Below, in pieces: positions 1 to 14,440 of a DNA stretch of 64,000 nt. The notes under the pieces were generated by a model that had not been told where the DNA came from, did not search any database, and was given only the letters and a program-made list of their open reading frames with translations. The DNA lies in contig OZ024741.1 of NCBI GenBank assembly GCA_964016885.1, forward strand, positions 327,484,001-327,548,000. The letters run 5' to 3'. Positions within the stretch are counted from its first letter, which is position 1. Each line of letters opens with the position of its first letter. The DNA is from Eledone cirrhosa (taxonomy: Eukaryota). The position numbers and the translations under genes are program-made.

Positions 1-65
1 CATCTGTATACATATATGTATGTACGTGTACATACTTATATATATATATATATATATAGATATAT

Positions 66-1468
66 ATTATTGTTATACTTTGGGAGGGTCATGTTGCTAA
101 TAAGAAACACACGCACCAGTTGCTTTCACTCTAATTTATTATAAATTAAATTATAAATTTAACAAAAAATTGGTTCCACAACCGGACGGTTGTTCATATA
201 TTGTCAAAGTTCTTTCGTCACACATTCTGTGACTCATCAGTTACTGGGGATTCTTTCCTTTGTTTTTTGCCTCTCTTTGTTCTGTCCTACGCCATCTTGT
301 TTTTGTGTGTGTTGTGTGCTTAGTTTGCGCATGTTTTACATCCGGGTGTCCGTGTGTGTTTTTATTTGTTTATTTATTTGTATGTTTACATGTTACTAGT
401 TGGTTGTTTGTACTATGTGTGTGTGTGTTTTCATTTTGTCCTTAATTGTTAGTTGTGATGTTGCCGTTCCATTAATGTTTTCTATTTAATTATGGTTGGA
501 GTTCATTTATGTTTATTGCCTCTGTGATTTTCTAAACATTGCGTCTTTTCTGTGTGTGGATTTTATTTTTATTTCTATGTTCTCTAATTTTCTCTTATGT
601 CCTATTTTAGCATGTTGGTGGAGTACTGATGAGTCTTTTCTATCTTGAAGCTCTCGCCAGTGTTCATTTAATACTTCTCCTATACTACGAGCTGTCTCAC
701 CTATGTACATTATATTCTTATCTTTACATTGTCCCTCATTACACCTTATGCTATATACTATGTTTATAGTTTTTCAGTTAATATGGGGGGGCTTAGTTTA
801 CAGATTATGCATTTCTTATCTATACAGGGAGGTCTTTGAAAAGAGTATGTATTACTAATAAGTGTTTTTATGGAGGTACCTGGTATTTCCACTATCTTAA
901 TATTTAGTTTAAGTTTATCTAGGACCTTTATAAATTATTAAGCTAGTTCACCTCTAGTGGTTGTATTGATGAACATTACACTCTGGTATTTATTGCTCTC
1001 ATACCATGAGTTTATTCTATTAACCTTATTTCTACTTCTTTCTATTCTATTCCAAGATTTGCTCCTATACAAGGGGCAGGTCCCATTTGTATCATTATTT
1101 ACCATTTTTTCCCATTTGGTTCTGGCTCCTCTATATACTCTGATTTTATCTCTCTGTTTGTAACCAGAGAACTGTATGTGCAACACCAAAGAACTAGAGA
1201 GACACATACAAAACTTCATCCACCGTATGCAGTTACAAACAGAGAGATAAAATCACAGTATATAGAGGAGCCAGAACCAAATGGGAAAAAACGGTAAATA
1301 ATGATACAAATGGGACCTGCCCCTTGTATAGGAGCAAATTTTGAAATAGAATAAAAGAATTAGGAATAAGGTTAATAGAATAAACTCATAGTATGATAGC
1401 AATAAATACTAGAGTGTAATGTTCATCAATACAACCCCTAGAGTTGAACTAGCTTACAAATTTAAAAG
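66..1468 (-). mobile_element. 5'-truncated, decayed Penelope-like element (Neptune/Nematis-like, clade uncertain) with inverted duplication at its 5' end
   Basis: Minus-strand fragments read NIVYSIRCNEGQC..MYIGETARS..EH (GIY-YIG, 513-770) and a Cys linker CIDKKCIIC; RT-thumb/linker fragment at 938-1219; 1232-1468 is an inverted copy of about 925-1164; HHR-like core in the 3' region; starts next to a (TA)n tract. Confidence 0.8.
203..244 (-). ncRNA. Degenerate minimal hammerhead ribozyme
   Basis: gtaa CTGATGA gtcac-agaatgt-gtgac GAAA gaac TT tgac: core and stem II are clean, stems I and III are imperfect. Confidence 0.55.
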
Positions 1469-2407
1469 GGCTTGTATTTACTTTCTTGATTTATTCTTAA
1501 ATTGAGTCTGGCAAACCCTATTGTCTATAGTTAGTATTCTTTTCACCTTAGCGAATCTGGTCCCTTACGATTTGAACAGATATATATATATATATATGTC
1601 TGTATTCGTTTTTCTTTTATATTCAGAGGTAGATACAAAAGTTCTGAATGTACAAAACCTTCATGTAAGGATATGTATCAATTGTGTATATATCCATGGA
1701 CCGCCGACATTTTCGACATTCTCTTCGGTCGGTTGTTTTCCATTTTCATGAAGGATTATTAAAGCAACAATTTAAAATGCATGTGTTTGCAAGCCGGAAA
1801 CTTTCTGATTGAAGCTTTTCTTTCTCCACATTATTACCATAGCTAAGCAAAAATATTTGTAGAGATGCAGCAACATGTTTTAACAAGCGCAGTGTAAAAT
1901 ATGCTATTATTTATGGGATGACCTGAAAGAGAGAGATATGCATTTCACATATAGAATATGCATGTCACTATGGTATATATACGTTTCACATATAGAATAT
2001 GCATGTGACTATGGTATATACCAAGATGTGCTTGCGTTTGTGTGTATATGTATGTGTATGTGTGTGTGCACATCACGATATATTAATATATATTTGAATG
2101 GATGACAAATGTTATATTTTAAAGCATCCACTTTTCATTATATTTTATGAATAATTTACGGTTATGCGATTATTTTATAACATTGTCCATAATTATATAA
2201 TTCCCCTATGGATTATTCATATTGTCTTCATATATATATATTTATATCACATTATATTCGCTATATTCATGCGAACATTCATTGTTGTTTTATACAATAA
2301 TTTGTCGCATTTTACTGATTTGCTGTATTCACTTAACTATTTCTGTATCCTTCCCCGTTATTTGTTTACTAATATAATTGCTGATCCTTCTGAATACATA
2401 CATACAT

Positions 2408-2955
<548 letters not shown>

Positions 2956-3229
2956 TTCTCGGTATTTTAGTAAACTGAATGAAAAATTATTTTATATCCA
3001 ACTATTTAATATTATCGCTAACGTCCTAATTATCGTAATTATTTTAAGATATTTCAAGATATATCTATTTCTATATATATAATTATATATTCAATAATTC
3101 GTTCTTGACATGCAACACGAATTATGTTTTTTTTAGACAGATATTTAACGATATCCATTATCTCTAAATATTGCAGTTATATATGACTACGTGAATGATT
3201 AGATAGAGTATATTCCTCTCACGATACAC

Positions 3230-3535
3230 GGCAGTGTTTTGTTGCGTCCTTGAGCAAAACACTTTATTTGATGTTGCTCTAGTATACAAAGCCAAAGCTG
3301 TAACTGTAATTGAATGGGCCAGTTTTATCACATGTTGTTCCATGGTCAATCTTCAGGAGAAATACGTTAGGGATGCATTTACACTATAATAAATATGGAC
3401 TGCGCCTTTCACTGAAAACACCAGTTTCGTCACGCTCTGTTATGCTCAATCTCCCTGAGAAATATGTTACGTGGGAACTATGTTTGCATTAATTTCTAGA
3501 ACAGCGTGGTTCATTGACAGAAAAACTAGACACAC
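3230..3535 (+). mobile_element. Degenerate CORE-like SINE fragment
   Basis: gtccttgagcaaaacacttta resembles the CORE motif and the copy at 4341. Confidence 0.4.
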
Positions 3536-3550
3536 TTTTTGAAAACATTA

Positions 3551-3786
3551 TAGGATGGTCGGCTGAAAGGTTCATAGGGTGAATTGTTTATAGGAAGACC
3601 AAAGATCTTTGGCAGACCAAGATACTCTCAGGAAATGACCAAGTGAGCATTGTTTTTCAACACAGAAATTGGAAAGATACAATAGAGTTATTAATAAGTA
3701 GCGCTGAAACCAATGCATGCACGATTGTGTAACCCTAGCATCATTCCTTCTTAGTCAGCTTATCAACTTTCCAACCGTCCCTCGTA
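3551..3786. mobile_element. Tc1/mariner-type MITE
   Basis: Imperfect TIRs ggtcggctgaaaggttcatagg / cagcttatcaactttccaaccgtccctcg-TA; same family as 45166-45355. Confidence 0.65.
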
Positions 3787-4340
3787 TTTCTAAACTTCAT
3801 TAACTTTTTTTGTGTGATAATGTCTTAGTGTTTAATACCGACCTATCTCCAGTTCTGTGTGTTTTGAGATTGCTTTTCTATAGGAAATGCACTAAATTCA
3901 CATGAACGCCGTTGTTGGCTTTTATCACGTACTTCTAAGGAAATATTTATCTATAGACTTTATATTTTTAATTGAAACAAACTAAGTCTTCCTTAGATTA
4001 ACTTAAACTTAAAAGTACTTCATGTTCTTGCGATAATTGCTTTGTGAATTGCATTAAAAGATTGATTTTAAAAATATAGATTTTGAACTTTTAGCACCAA
4101 CTGACTGCTTCTTGTATACTAATTAAATTGCAACTATAATTATGAGAATTCTTAACTGAAAATAAATTGCTAAAATTAGTCTTTGAATCATGATATCTAA
4201 AATATAAAATAGTATCTCTAAGCAAAAATTATTTTTCGTGTTTATAGAGTTTACCCATAACACTTCAATTACTGTTAGCTAATAAATAATTGAAAAGCAT
4301 AATTTGTTTTGTCTTCACATTTGGTTAGTTTTCGAACTCG

Positions 4341-4710
4341 AGAGGAATAGTGGTTATAGTACTGGACTCAAGACCATACGCCGGGGAGTTCAATTCTTGT
4401 ATCAAACTGTGCATTTTTCCCTTGAGCAAGCCACTTGATTAATTTATTCCAATCCAATCAGCTTGAATAATAAGAGTTGCTACTATATTGGTGCCAAGCT
4501 ATATCAACCTTTACCTTTCCTTTTGATATCAACGATGCAGAGAGAGGAGACCGACCTGAATACATGAGTGACTGCAGATCTTCCATAAAATCTCTCTGCA
4601 CAGGTTAGTGCCTCGAAGAATTAAGCTGACGACTAGTTAGTAAAGGGTAGAAAACAGATTTCTTGTCATTAACAAAGACGGTCCATTCTTTAAGTTCTTT
4701 TTCCATTACA
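4341..4710 (+). mobile_element. tRNA-derived CORE-like SINE
   Basis: A-box-like tagtggtta, B-box gagttcaattc, followed by cccttgagcaagccactt (CORE-like). Confidence 0.55.
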
Positions 4711-7273
4711 TAAACAGTCTTATCTGTTGTTTTAAAACAACTACAGCAATACAAACACAGGCTCGTGTGTTTAACCTTCATAGCTATTCTACACATAAAA
4801 TGGCTTGAAGTAATTTGGCTATAATCATTTACATAATTGAAAAATGATAAGACAAGGAAACTTGCCGAAACATGCCCGTTGCAAAATTATTCAGATTATA
4901 ATATAATAAAGAGCGGAGTGCACGACAGCCTCGGTTTTTTTTTATCCCGCTAGTAAAATAATTTGGATTACTTTGAATAAATAATGAACGAATATTACAT
5001 AACTTTTGTAATAAATTTCGTAGCAGTTGATTATATACAGTATAATGATTGTTTATTTTAAGATTCACTTCTTTTAAAATTTTCAAATGTCTACACTTCC
5101 CGTTAGCGTCCGTTATATCATAACACTTATTATATCGATTATTTTCTCCTTTTTCGCTTTCATTACATTTCGCCGTAATGCAGTTTATATATAATATCAT
5201 ATTTTTTTTTAATTTATCATGGATTACTGTACTAATTACAGAAGAGAGTGGAACACATACTTCGTTCAATTTCTGTGCATATTGTCAATTACGACTTTAT
5301 TTTACATATCGTATCTACATGCATGTATATTTGCATATAATATCAATATGCACACTAAACATGCTAGCAGAAAACCACCTGAGTGTGGTATTTCTGCTAG
5401 TATATCTAATGCGCTGAGAGAAGTATGCAGAAGTATTTCCAATTAATTAAAATTTCCTGTTGTTTCGTAATACCCCACTAACGGATCAGTTTTCCCCATA
5501 AACATACAAGTTAATATATCTATGAATAGATTTTTAATTTCCACACATTATCTCCACATTTGTTTTAATGTCGCTGAGATACTACATTGTTTCTTTATTC
5601 TATTTTTGTCTGAAAGGCAAATTTCAATTATTGATGAAATATTTGCTCATAACTTTCAATACATCACCTCTCACTTGATTTATCTAAATTCATGCCATTC
5701 CATTTGTGATAGTTCTCTTGGCTCCTTATACGTTTTAATTGTGTAATTAATTATTCAAACTGGCTAAAATTCTTCGTGACTATGTTTCTCGGTTGATCAA
5801 GCAGGCTCGGGTGTCTTTTGACGATGAGATACGTATAACCATAAAATGTCTGTATCTGTTATAGGGAGGCTATACTCGATTATATCAAACGCAGTACTTG
5901 ACTAGAATTAGTAGTATCAAGCAGAGAGAAATGGAAAATATCTTGGTTGCATTTCGAATTAAGGACATACAGCCACTTATCAAAATCGAGCCAGGTATTC
6001 TCTCCGTCGCTGTTCAAATTCAGTCAATCCACGCTTCATAACACCTGTAATAACGTTAAGAACAGAATTCGATTGGCAATCAGCCATTCAGTCGACCTGG
6101 CTAGCTTCATTGGTATAAAATATTTTTCATACTATAAAACCGTTAACTCTATTCTTTTCCGAAACTTTCACACACTTACAGCATCACTACCAAACAGCCA
6201 CCATGGTCACCAGCACCCGATTCTGAATGTCTATTAAATAAATAATTATCCGTTACAACATTAACCTCGAGAGTTGCCATCATTTTTCATACAGCATACA
6301 TTAAGGTAGATATTTATCTGCGGTCAACTTAAAACGAATTGCCTCGTAAATAAAAGACACTGGAACTAAACGAGAGGAATTTTGAACATTAATGGAATTC
6401 CTTTCGAAAATAAAATATAATAAGATAACTTATTTAGGTTTCGGTTTCATTATTTATTAACGGTGTCTTATTTCCAATAATATTAACTTCTAGAAGTGTT
6501 ATCGTTATCATGTCCTTTCTTTACACTAACGAGCGCAGTGAGGTGCGCCTTGGGTACATGCAGTGTATTTATGTTCTTAATCATTTTCTGTTCTTCTAAA
6601 AGTTATGTATGTAATGTATTTAGTGCCTGGTACTGTTATGTTAACTATGTTGCGCATATCTCTAAGCAATGGGTCATTTATATTTATTAATGTTCTTCTT
6701 TTTAATTATTCTAAAGTAAGGAAAGTTTTTTTTGTTTTTACCCTTCCGTTCTTGCCATATCTATTTCCAGTTATTTATATTTCTATCATTTCTCAATTAT
6801 TCTAGATACACCATCATCGTTTGACTTCGCTTTCCTGGGTGTCCTTGTGAAACCAACCAACTTATTAATGGTTTTCTCCTGGCCAGTCTTTATTGCTATC
6901 TCAGATTATGGTCGCCCGTTCATTCACTGAGGCATACTTAGTATAAATGGCTGTTAAATTTCAAAACGTCGGTTCGCTGTAGTATAAATAAAACAAAACA
7001 AATTAATGTTTTACCCAGTATATTTTAAATGATATTTCAGTCATTACCCTCTTTTGTCATTCTTGCCCTTTATGTATTTCTACCGCATTTTGTCAGCTTT
7101 TTTAGACTTATCAGTTATTTATTACATATCTCACAATGCATCTTATTAACTGAAATATTTAGTGAATATTTTTACGAAATAATTTCACTTTATTAGGCAT
7201 TTGGTAACCATGCATTTGGTGGTAAGATTTTTCATCATTCACAATGCATATGATTTGCTGTAATCAATAGATA

Positions 7274-7392
7274 CAATTGTTTCTACTTTTGGCACAATGC
7301 CAGCAATTATTCAGTGCATTACTGGTATTTTATTTAATCGACCCTCTAAGGATGAAAGGCAAAGCTAACCTCGGCGTGATTTGAACTCAGAC
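7274..7392 (-). mobile_element. tRNA-derived SINE (dominant family), partial
   Basis: Reverse complement of gagttcaaatc...tttgcctttcatcctt...gtcgat..aaataccagtaatgcactg...gtagaaacaatt. Confidence 0.8.
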
Positions 7393-8164
7393 CACTTATA
7401 ATATCACCATATCAGATTTTTGAATGGTGTATATTAAATATTTTTCTGTTATTTTCTTCTGTCAAGACATGCCAGTTGCAGAGGTTGAGAATAGTATAAC
7501 AATAAATTTGTTCTGGCAGAGATATAAATTAAGATGCTACTTGAATATAGGTTAATTTACCAAAAGTTAGTTTAAGAAATCCAAGTGTTTATCATATCCA
7601 TCATATGGCTGAGTTTTTCCATAAACAAATTACGGTTGGGTACATCTATCTAGGATATATATAAAAAGTTAGTTACATGTCCTAACACCATGAAAAAAAA
7701 GTGCGTTCTTTGATATCACGAAAATTCTATGTTGATTATTCATGTGTTATATTATTCAGTAAGGATTAATTGAGCTTTTCGATTTCTTTTTTTATTATTT
7801 TATTTTACATTTATATCCATAATAATAATAACAATAATGTTACTAATTCTTAATATTATTGTGCTAAAATTCCATTAAAATACGCCTTTTTTTCATATCT
7901 TGCTGAGTGTCAACATGTTACCTCAAACAAATATTTTACTTTCCGTTGAAATTGAATGTAAATTATTCTTCATTATTTCTTTCAAATTTATAATGTTGAA
8001 ACTATAACTGGCAACAAGGATTGTAAGAGCAATTGTAGCACAGATATTATTCATTCTTTGAGTTGAGCTGAGTGTTCAAGATAACACGAACTCTTCGGTA
8101 GCGTTCCTTCATGATTTTCTCTTTTATTCTGGTGCCATGAATAACTTGACCTTCACTAATTCAT

Positions 8165-8509
8165 AATTGCCTTTCATCCTTACGGAGTCGATAAAATAAA
8201 GTACCAGTAATACACTGAGATAATTGCTGGCTTTGTGCCAAAAGTAGAAACGATTATTATAGGGTGGCGGATTGGCAGTATTGGTAGAGCGTCAGTCACC
8301 GTGCTTTGCAGCTTAGAGTTACGTCCCTTTATGATCTGAGTTCAAAACCCGCCAGGGATAACTTTGCCTTTCATCCTTACGGGGTCAATAAAATAAAGTA
8401 TCAGTCACGTACTTGGGTCGATTTAATCGACTTTCCCCTCCTCCTAAAAAATAATTGGCTTTGTGCCTATATAAGAAACCATTAATATTATTATTATTAT
8501 TATTATTAT
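8165..8509 (+). mobile_element. Tandem tRNA-derived SINEs ending in an (ATT)n tail
   Basis: A box tggcagtattggtag, B box gagttcaaaacccgcc, conserved body actttgcctttcatccttacggggtc..taaaataaagta, (ATT)n tail. Confidence 0.85.
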
Positions 8510-8727
8510 CGAATGCCATGGTTGACGGAGGCTCGGCTCTCTAAGGTATAGTAATTTTTAACCGCTATAATAATTGTAAATTGTTTAAAACTTGAACCAA
8601 ATTGTAGATAAAAACACCCTCCTCCTCGTGACAGGCGTCTTTCTCTCCGTTATTTGGCCCTTCGGGGTTAAATAACCGCTTATTGGGGTTTTGTGCCCAA
8701 TATTCATTTTAAACCGTAAAAAAAAAC

Positions 8728-10548
8728 ATGGCTACAAAAAAGAATTTTCACAAGTCATTCCCACTCTTTCCGTCTTCTTCCTCAATCGTCATTACATCAG
8801 AGAGAAGATTGTCTCCCTCCCTTCCTTCTCTAAATATGGTGTCGCCTCTTTCGCAAGCGACGCCATTAAAGAAAAAGAAAAATATAGTTTCTGGTAGCTT
8901 TCACCAAGAGAATGTGCATACCGTGGAACATTTCTCCACGACGACGACAAGGACGAAAAATGTGTGCGGTAAATACGGAAAGCCATTTCATTCGTCTGAC
9001 GTCATGAAGAATAGCAACAGCAGCCGTAATAACAGCACCAGCAGCAACAGTGACAAGGTAAACACTTTTAGCAGTAGCAACAACATCAGCAGCAGCATAA
9101 ACAACAACAGCAGCAGCAGCAACAGTGACAACAAAAGCAGCAGCAGCAACAACAACAACAACCACAGCTCTGACGATAACAACAACAACTACAAGAAAGA
9201 AAAACCAATCTCGTTTACAGGCATCGCAAAGAACCTGGAAACCATCCTTATAACAAATGAGGAATTACAGGAAGCAAAGAGGATGGTGACAAAAAGCGGA
9301 CACCGAGCAATCTGCAAGGCAGCCGAATACATTTTCGAAACCCAACAGCACTGTACGGTCACGTACCGTACAGTAAGCACAAACTCACGTAAGGTTGAAA
9401 GAGCCAAAGAGGCTCAAATATAAAAAAGCCTTAGGGTCTGTGTGGCAGCGGAAAACGCATATCATCCGAGGCAAGAAATATGCCACCGTGGACGTGCTTC
9501 CCCCCCCCCTCCCATACCGGGAGGCAAAGGCTCAATCCTTAGTGACCCTAAGGAGCGAGGAAATGGTGTTGGTGCCCTCCTACTGCGGGCAAAAAATTGT
9601 GAGGGTCAAACTGACCCACGTCCCTATTGGGATGGCCCCTTCTTAGCTGGCCGCGTCTGTCCTCGTCGGAATCGAGGACAAAACAATTGTACTGCAAGTA
9701 CAGAAAAAAGTACGAGAAGAGTGGATCGGCACCTCCATTGAGATACTAATTCAAACCAATCAGGAGTGCATCGAAGCTATCCCGGATGTGATAGACTTCG
9801 ATAACGGCACTCAACTTCCCATAAGTGTTGAGGGCAAACGCCCGAAATGCTTTCGCTGTGGGTCAAAGACTCACCTCAGGGCCTTCTGCAATGAGAACAC
9901 CCTGAGAAAGGAGAAAACACCCCTCCTTCCGAAACCGGCTCCACTGCTACCAGCAACAGGACAGGCGGCAACCAGGAAGGATAGGTCGTGGCACCTATAC
10001 CCACGCCACGGAAATCAAGAACAGCAGCAGCAGTGGAAGTATTAACAACAACAACAGTAATACCAACTGCAGCTGCAACAGAGACTCCACTGCAACCATC
10101 ACCAACAAGAACAAGTGAAAGAGTGGAGCTGGTACCCCTCCCCTACCTCACAGAATCGGACATGGAGTGGGACGTGGGAGAGGGAGTGCAAAAGGTCGCA
10201 AGAATGCACAAACGCAAAAGCAGCGCATCGTCGCCTTCGAAAAGGGAGGGAAGAAATGAAAAAAGGGTAAAGGCTACTGCAAAGAGACTTACAGCAGTAA
10301 CACCACTAACACCATCACCACCCACACTAGCACCACCATCACCACCGGCGGCAACCACACCGCCAACAACAACAACACCTTCAACACCACAAGCACCAAC
10401 ATCTCAAACACAACAACAAAACACACACACCCAGCAACAACGACAAGAAAATAGCAGAACCACACCCCACCCCCCACCCCCAGAAAACAAATGCACCTCA
10501 ATAAATACACACAACAAGAAACTAATGACTTACATAATTGAACACTGA
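8728..10548 (+). pseudogene. Tx1-like ORF1 (gag-like zinc-knuckle protein), disrupted
   Basis: Consecutive ORF pieces 8728-9423, 9395-9646, 9788-10045, 9988-10548; KCFRCGSKTHLRAFC = CX2CX4HX4C; Ser/Asn- and Pro/Thr-rich low-complexity segments. Confidence 0.8.
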
Positions 10549-10866
10549 GACATTTCAGAGCACGACTACATAATACCAGCACCAATCAAAACACCAACGA
10601 ACATAAGACTAGTAAGATTAGCACAGAAAAATACACAAACATTAAAATGAAATACCCCAAGGCAGTTGGTGATTTCAGAGACCTAGGAGGGACACTCAAC
10701 CGGAGAGTATATTCGGATATACTCACAGAAGAGCCGACGACCAGCTGAAGGGACGATTCAACGGTCCCTTCACCAGACGATCAAGTGAAAAGGGATGGAG
10801 CAACCATCCTTCCTCTACGAGAAGTATGGTAAGTGGTATTTCCCATCTTTTCCACTCCATTTCAAC

Positions 10867-13644
10867 ATGACCTCACTCAGAATAGGCAGCATAAACGCGC
10901 GTGGCTTGGGGTCGTCATGGAAGCAGGGCCACCTGCTCAACGACCTCTGGTCACTAAACATAGATGTAGTGGCCATCAACGAGACCAGAATCTCCGAAGC
11001 ACGGGCCTTCGCACCGATCTTCGGCGGCTACGATGTGTACGCATCTCCCAGCCGTCCTGGATCGGGGGTAGGAGTTGCTGTGCTTTTTCGAAGAGGTTTT
11101 GATCTGGCCATACGGGCCATCTTCCTGGACACAGAAGACAAGTTGGTGGTGATGGACGTGACCAGCGGAGACGGGCAAGCTTTCAGGCTAGTGGCCGTCT
11201 ATGCCCCGACAGGAGCAGGAAGGCCTGATTTCTTCCGGCGTCTGGAGACCTTTCTAGGAACGTCCCGCTTTTTAGAGTTAGTGGGCGACTGGTACGGGAT
11301 CTTAGATGCACGCTGGGACTGTGTGGGATTAGCGGATAGGGGAGGAGGGTGAAAGAGCCTCACCAACCTGCTCAGGCGTTTTGAACTGTCTGACTGATAC
11401 CGATTGGATTTCACGAATGTGATAATGTGGACTTGGACAAACCGCATAGGGTCATCCAGATCATATCTAGATAGAGTATTTTGTAAGGAAATAGATAGGT
11501 CTAGCATAGGCTGTCGACAATTCAAGATAGTCAGATACACGGAACACAAATTCATGATCGTGTGCTTGACTTAGATAGGCTTCATAGACGAGGACCCGGC
11601 TACTGGAAGCTAAACGCGTCCTTATCAGCGCGCAAGGCCTACAGAGACCGGATTAGCGAACTAGTTAAGCGGGCATTGACGGGGGGCATCGTCAACAACA
11701 AGTGGTGGTTTGCTCTGAAAAGAGCGATTAGAATAGAGTCCATTAGGTTTAGTAAGGCTTTAGCAATAGAGAAAAATAGAGCAGAGGGAGGACTAGTTAG
11801 ACAATTAGACGAGGCACTTAGCAAAGGCATCGCGACCGACGTGCTTGCGGCGAAATTGGCCCTTGACCAATTCTTCAATGCAAAGCACGAAGGCTGCGTT
11901 GTCAGAGCTAGGGTGCGTGCTCTAAGACACGAGTGGATGAAAGCCGTTCAATGGGCCCGAGTGGCGGAGGCGCGATCCGATCTTTGGTGGACCACCACGG
12001 GCGCATGCTACTCGATCCCAGGCAAATGTATGAAGCTTTTCAGCGACATTTCGCTCAGCTGTTCGGGGGAAGCGGTGGACCGGGCGAGGGATGGGCTTTA
12101 GGGTCTACCTCGACGGACAGCCACGGCTCTTGGCCACTGAGGCGGAGTGTTGCGAAAAGCCTATAACAGCCCTGAAGTACGGGAGGCAATGAATGGCTGC
12201 ACAAGGGGTAAATCGCCTGGTTTGGATGGTCTGCCCCATGAACTTTACGTACAGATGCCAGAATTGTTCGGAGGCCTCTTGGCGGAGTCTACTGCAACTG
12301 GCAACAGAACTGGAGAATTCCCAGCTCTGTGAGCCGAGGAGCGGTGGCGCTGCTAAGAAAGGATCTGAACAAGGGGGATAACATACATAATTTATGGCCC
12401 ATAACTGCTAAACACAGAGTTCAGGATTTTGGCGAAGGTGCTAGCAAAGAGGTTGGCGCTTGTCGTTGGTGATTTGGTGGGAGAGGCGCAGACATGGACC
12501 ATTCCCGACAGATCCATCCACGACAACCACCAACTCATGCGATACATCGTAGAGAGGGTAGCTAGGGAAGCTTGGCGAGGAGGAAGCTATCCTGAAAGGT
12601 CGAGCGGAGGTGGCTAACGCGTACATCGTGCCCGTCATCTGATACCGCCTGACCATCGTACCTTATCCTAAGTCCGGCCTGACTGCGCTGGAGCGTTTGC
12701 TCTTTCGTTTTTTGTGGAAGTGACGCGCTCCGATGGTCAGGCGGTCCATCTGTTGTCAACACCCGCTACCTGGAGGGCTGGTTCATGGCATGGCTGATGA
12801 TGCACAGACACGCGCTCAGGCCACGACATCTCCACCTCTTCCTCAGGTGTGGTCGCCGTTTGCTTGACCCGTCTTTCCCCAGCTCGTCTCCTTGACGGAG
12901 CTGCAGTCCTGGGTCATGCGAAGATCGAGAGGGAGCGCTTGGAGACTGGAATGTCTTCAGGCGCTCACAGCCCTCGACCAATCGGGCAATGTGATCGGTG
13001 GAAACTCCACCTCGGCGTTCCATAGAGGATTAGTGGAGGGGAAGAGCGACGACGTACATGTGGAAACTCTAGGCGTCGAAGAAAATCAACTAGCCAATCG
13101 CTTTGGAAGAATCTTCGTGCCGGGGCCTATGGACAACTTCCAGAAATCCCTGGCCTGGCAGTGCTACCGAGGACCCTTGCCAGTTTGGGATAAACTCTAC
13201 AGGCATGGAGGTGCCGTCAGCCGCGCATGTTCGAGATCCGCGCAGGGCGACGAAACCGTCCAGCACGCACTCGTCCAGTGTCCGAGAATTTCTGACTTGT
13301 GGGTTTATGTCGAACACCTGCTGTCGCGTGTAGGACGGATTCTGCTATCAGCTGAGTCCATCTTGAGGATTTCCCCGCCCTCTTCCTTTAGCCGGGAAGA
13401 TCAGGCAGTTTTTATCTGTCTGGTGGCCATGGCGAAAGAGATAGTATGCTGGACACGTTTGAAAGGGCTGAAGACGAGCACTTACCTCTTCGGTGATGCC
13501 CTGATTGACTTTTTCAAATTTCATTTGAAAAGGAAAATGAGGGTAGAGAAAGAAGTGCTCTCTTCCCAGCATTTTATTGAAAGATGGGTGAGAGAAGCAA
13601 GAATGGTCCGAGTGAATGGGCCTACTCTGAGTATGTGTCTGTAA
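10867..13644 (+). pseudogene. Tx1-like ORF2 (APE endonuclease-RT-zinc finger) with stops, frameshifts and RT core deleted
   Basis: SINARGL, VVAINETR, LVAVYAP, LVGDW, SYLDRVF (APE); KSPGLDGLP..ELY and KILAKVLAKRL-like (RT start); jumps near 12560 to KLSLKGR-like post-RT sequence; no YADD found. Confidence 0.88.
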
Positions 13645-13924
13645 ATTAAAGGTGGAAAACTGGGAGAGGGCACTTGCCCTGGTGGTCAGGGTCACTGTGG
13701 CCTTTTGATGGGCTTTCCCCACAAATGTCCCTCAGAATTCTTCCCCTCCCCTATTGGGGAATTTTTCGTTATTTTTTTGGTTTTTTACACGCAGAAATGC
13801 CCATTTGTACCGTCCTGTATATCCTGTACTGTCCTTAATGTCTACTTTATGTAAACCCTTGTGGTTAATAAAGAAATCATTATTATTATATTATTATTAT
13901 TATTATTATTATCATTATTGACAT

Positions 13925-14440
13925 TATCTGTAGTTACGTCCCATTTACGTTTTCAGTTCAAATCACCACCGATGTTAGCTTTGTCTTTTATCTTTACGGG
14001 GTCGATAAAATAAGTACCAGTAATAAATTAGGGGCGATTTAATCGACTTTCCCCACCCCTAAAATTATTGGCCTTGAGCCTAACTTAGAAACCATTGTGG
14101 ATTGGCAGTATCGGTAATGGGTCGGACACCATGCTTTGACGCATAGATTTACGGCCATTCTTATTTCAAATCCCACCAAGGTTAACTTTGCCTTTCTTCC
14201 TTACGAGGTCGCTAAAATAAAATACCAGTAATGCACTGGGTAATTACTGGCCTTGTGCCAAAATTAGAAATAATTATTATTACTATTAGGATTGACAGTA
14301 TCGGTAGAGCGTCGGGCACCATCCTGCTTTGCGACATATAGTAGCGTCCTTTTAATTCTGAATTCAAATGCCGTTGTGGATAGTTTCACCTTTCTTCCTT
14401 ACCTGGTCGATAAAAGTAGGTACAAGTAACGCATTGGTGT
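13925..14440 (+). mobile_element. Three tandem copies of the tRNA-derived SINE
   Basis: Repeated tggcagtatcggta / ttcaaatc / actttgcctttcttccttacg.ggtcg.taaaa units. Confidence 0.85.

Larger units (their letters stand above)
8510..13878 (+). mobile_element. Tx1/L1-clade non-LTR retrotransposon with both ends present, decayed and internally deleted
   Basis: ORF1 with CCHC knuckle; ORF2 with APE endonuclease, GPGYWKLN, KSPGLDGLP and C-terminal ETVQHALVQCP; 3' end aataaagaaatc; flanked on both sides by (ATT)n. Confidence 0.92.

Noticed and set aside
1698-1736. CCGAAGA..GAAA motif on minus (a similar one at about 41500-41560)
   Set aside because: Stems I and III cannot both form
1943-2020. Short tandem duplications (also 24700-24765, 57543-57640, 46410/46893)
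   Set aside because: Ordinary local duplications with no further structure evident
4829-6805. Host protein-coding exons in the AT-rich ORFs here and at 40500-41300
   Set aside because: No recognisable domain or convincing splice structure; small exons cannot be excluded without RNA data
8261-8355. tRNA gene
   Set aside because: A and B boxes belong to a SINE head; no cloverleaf, and it continues into the SINE body
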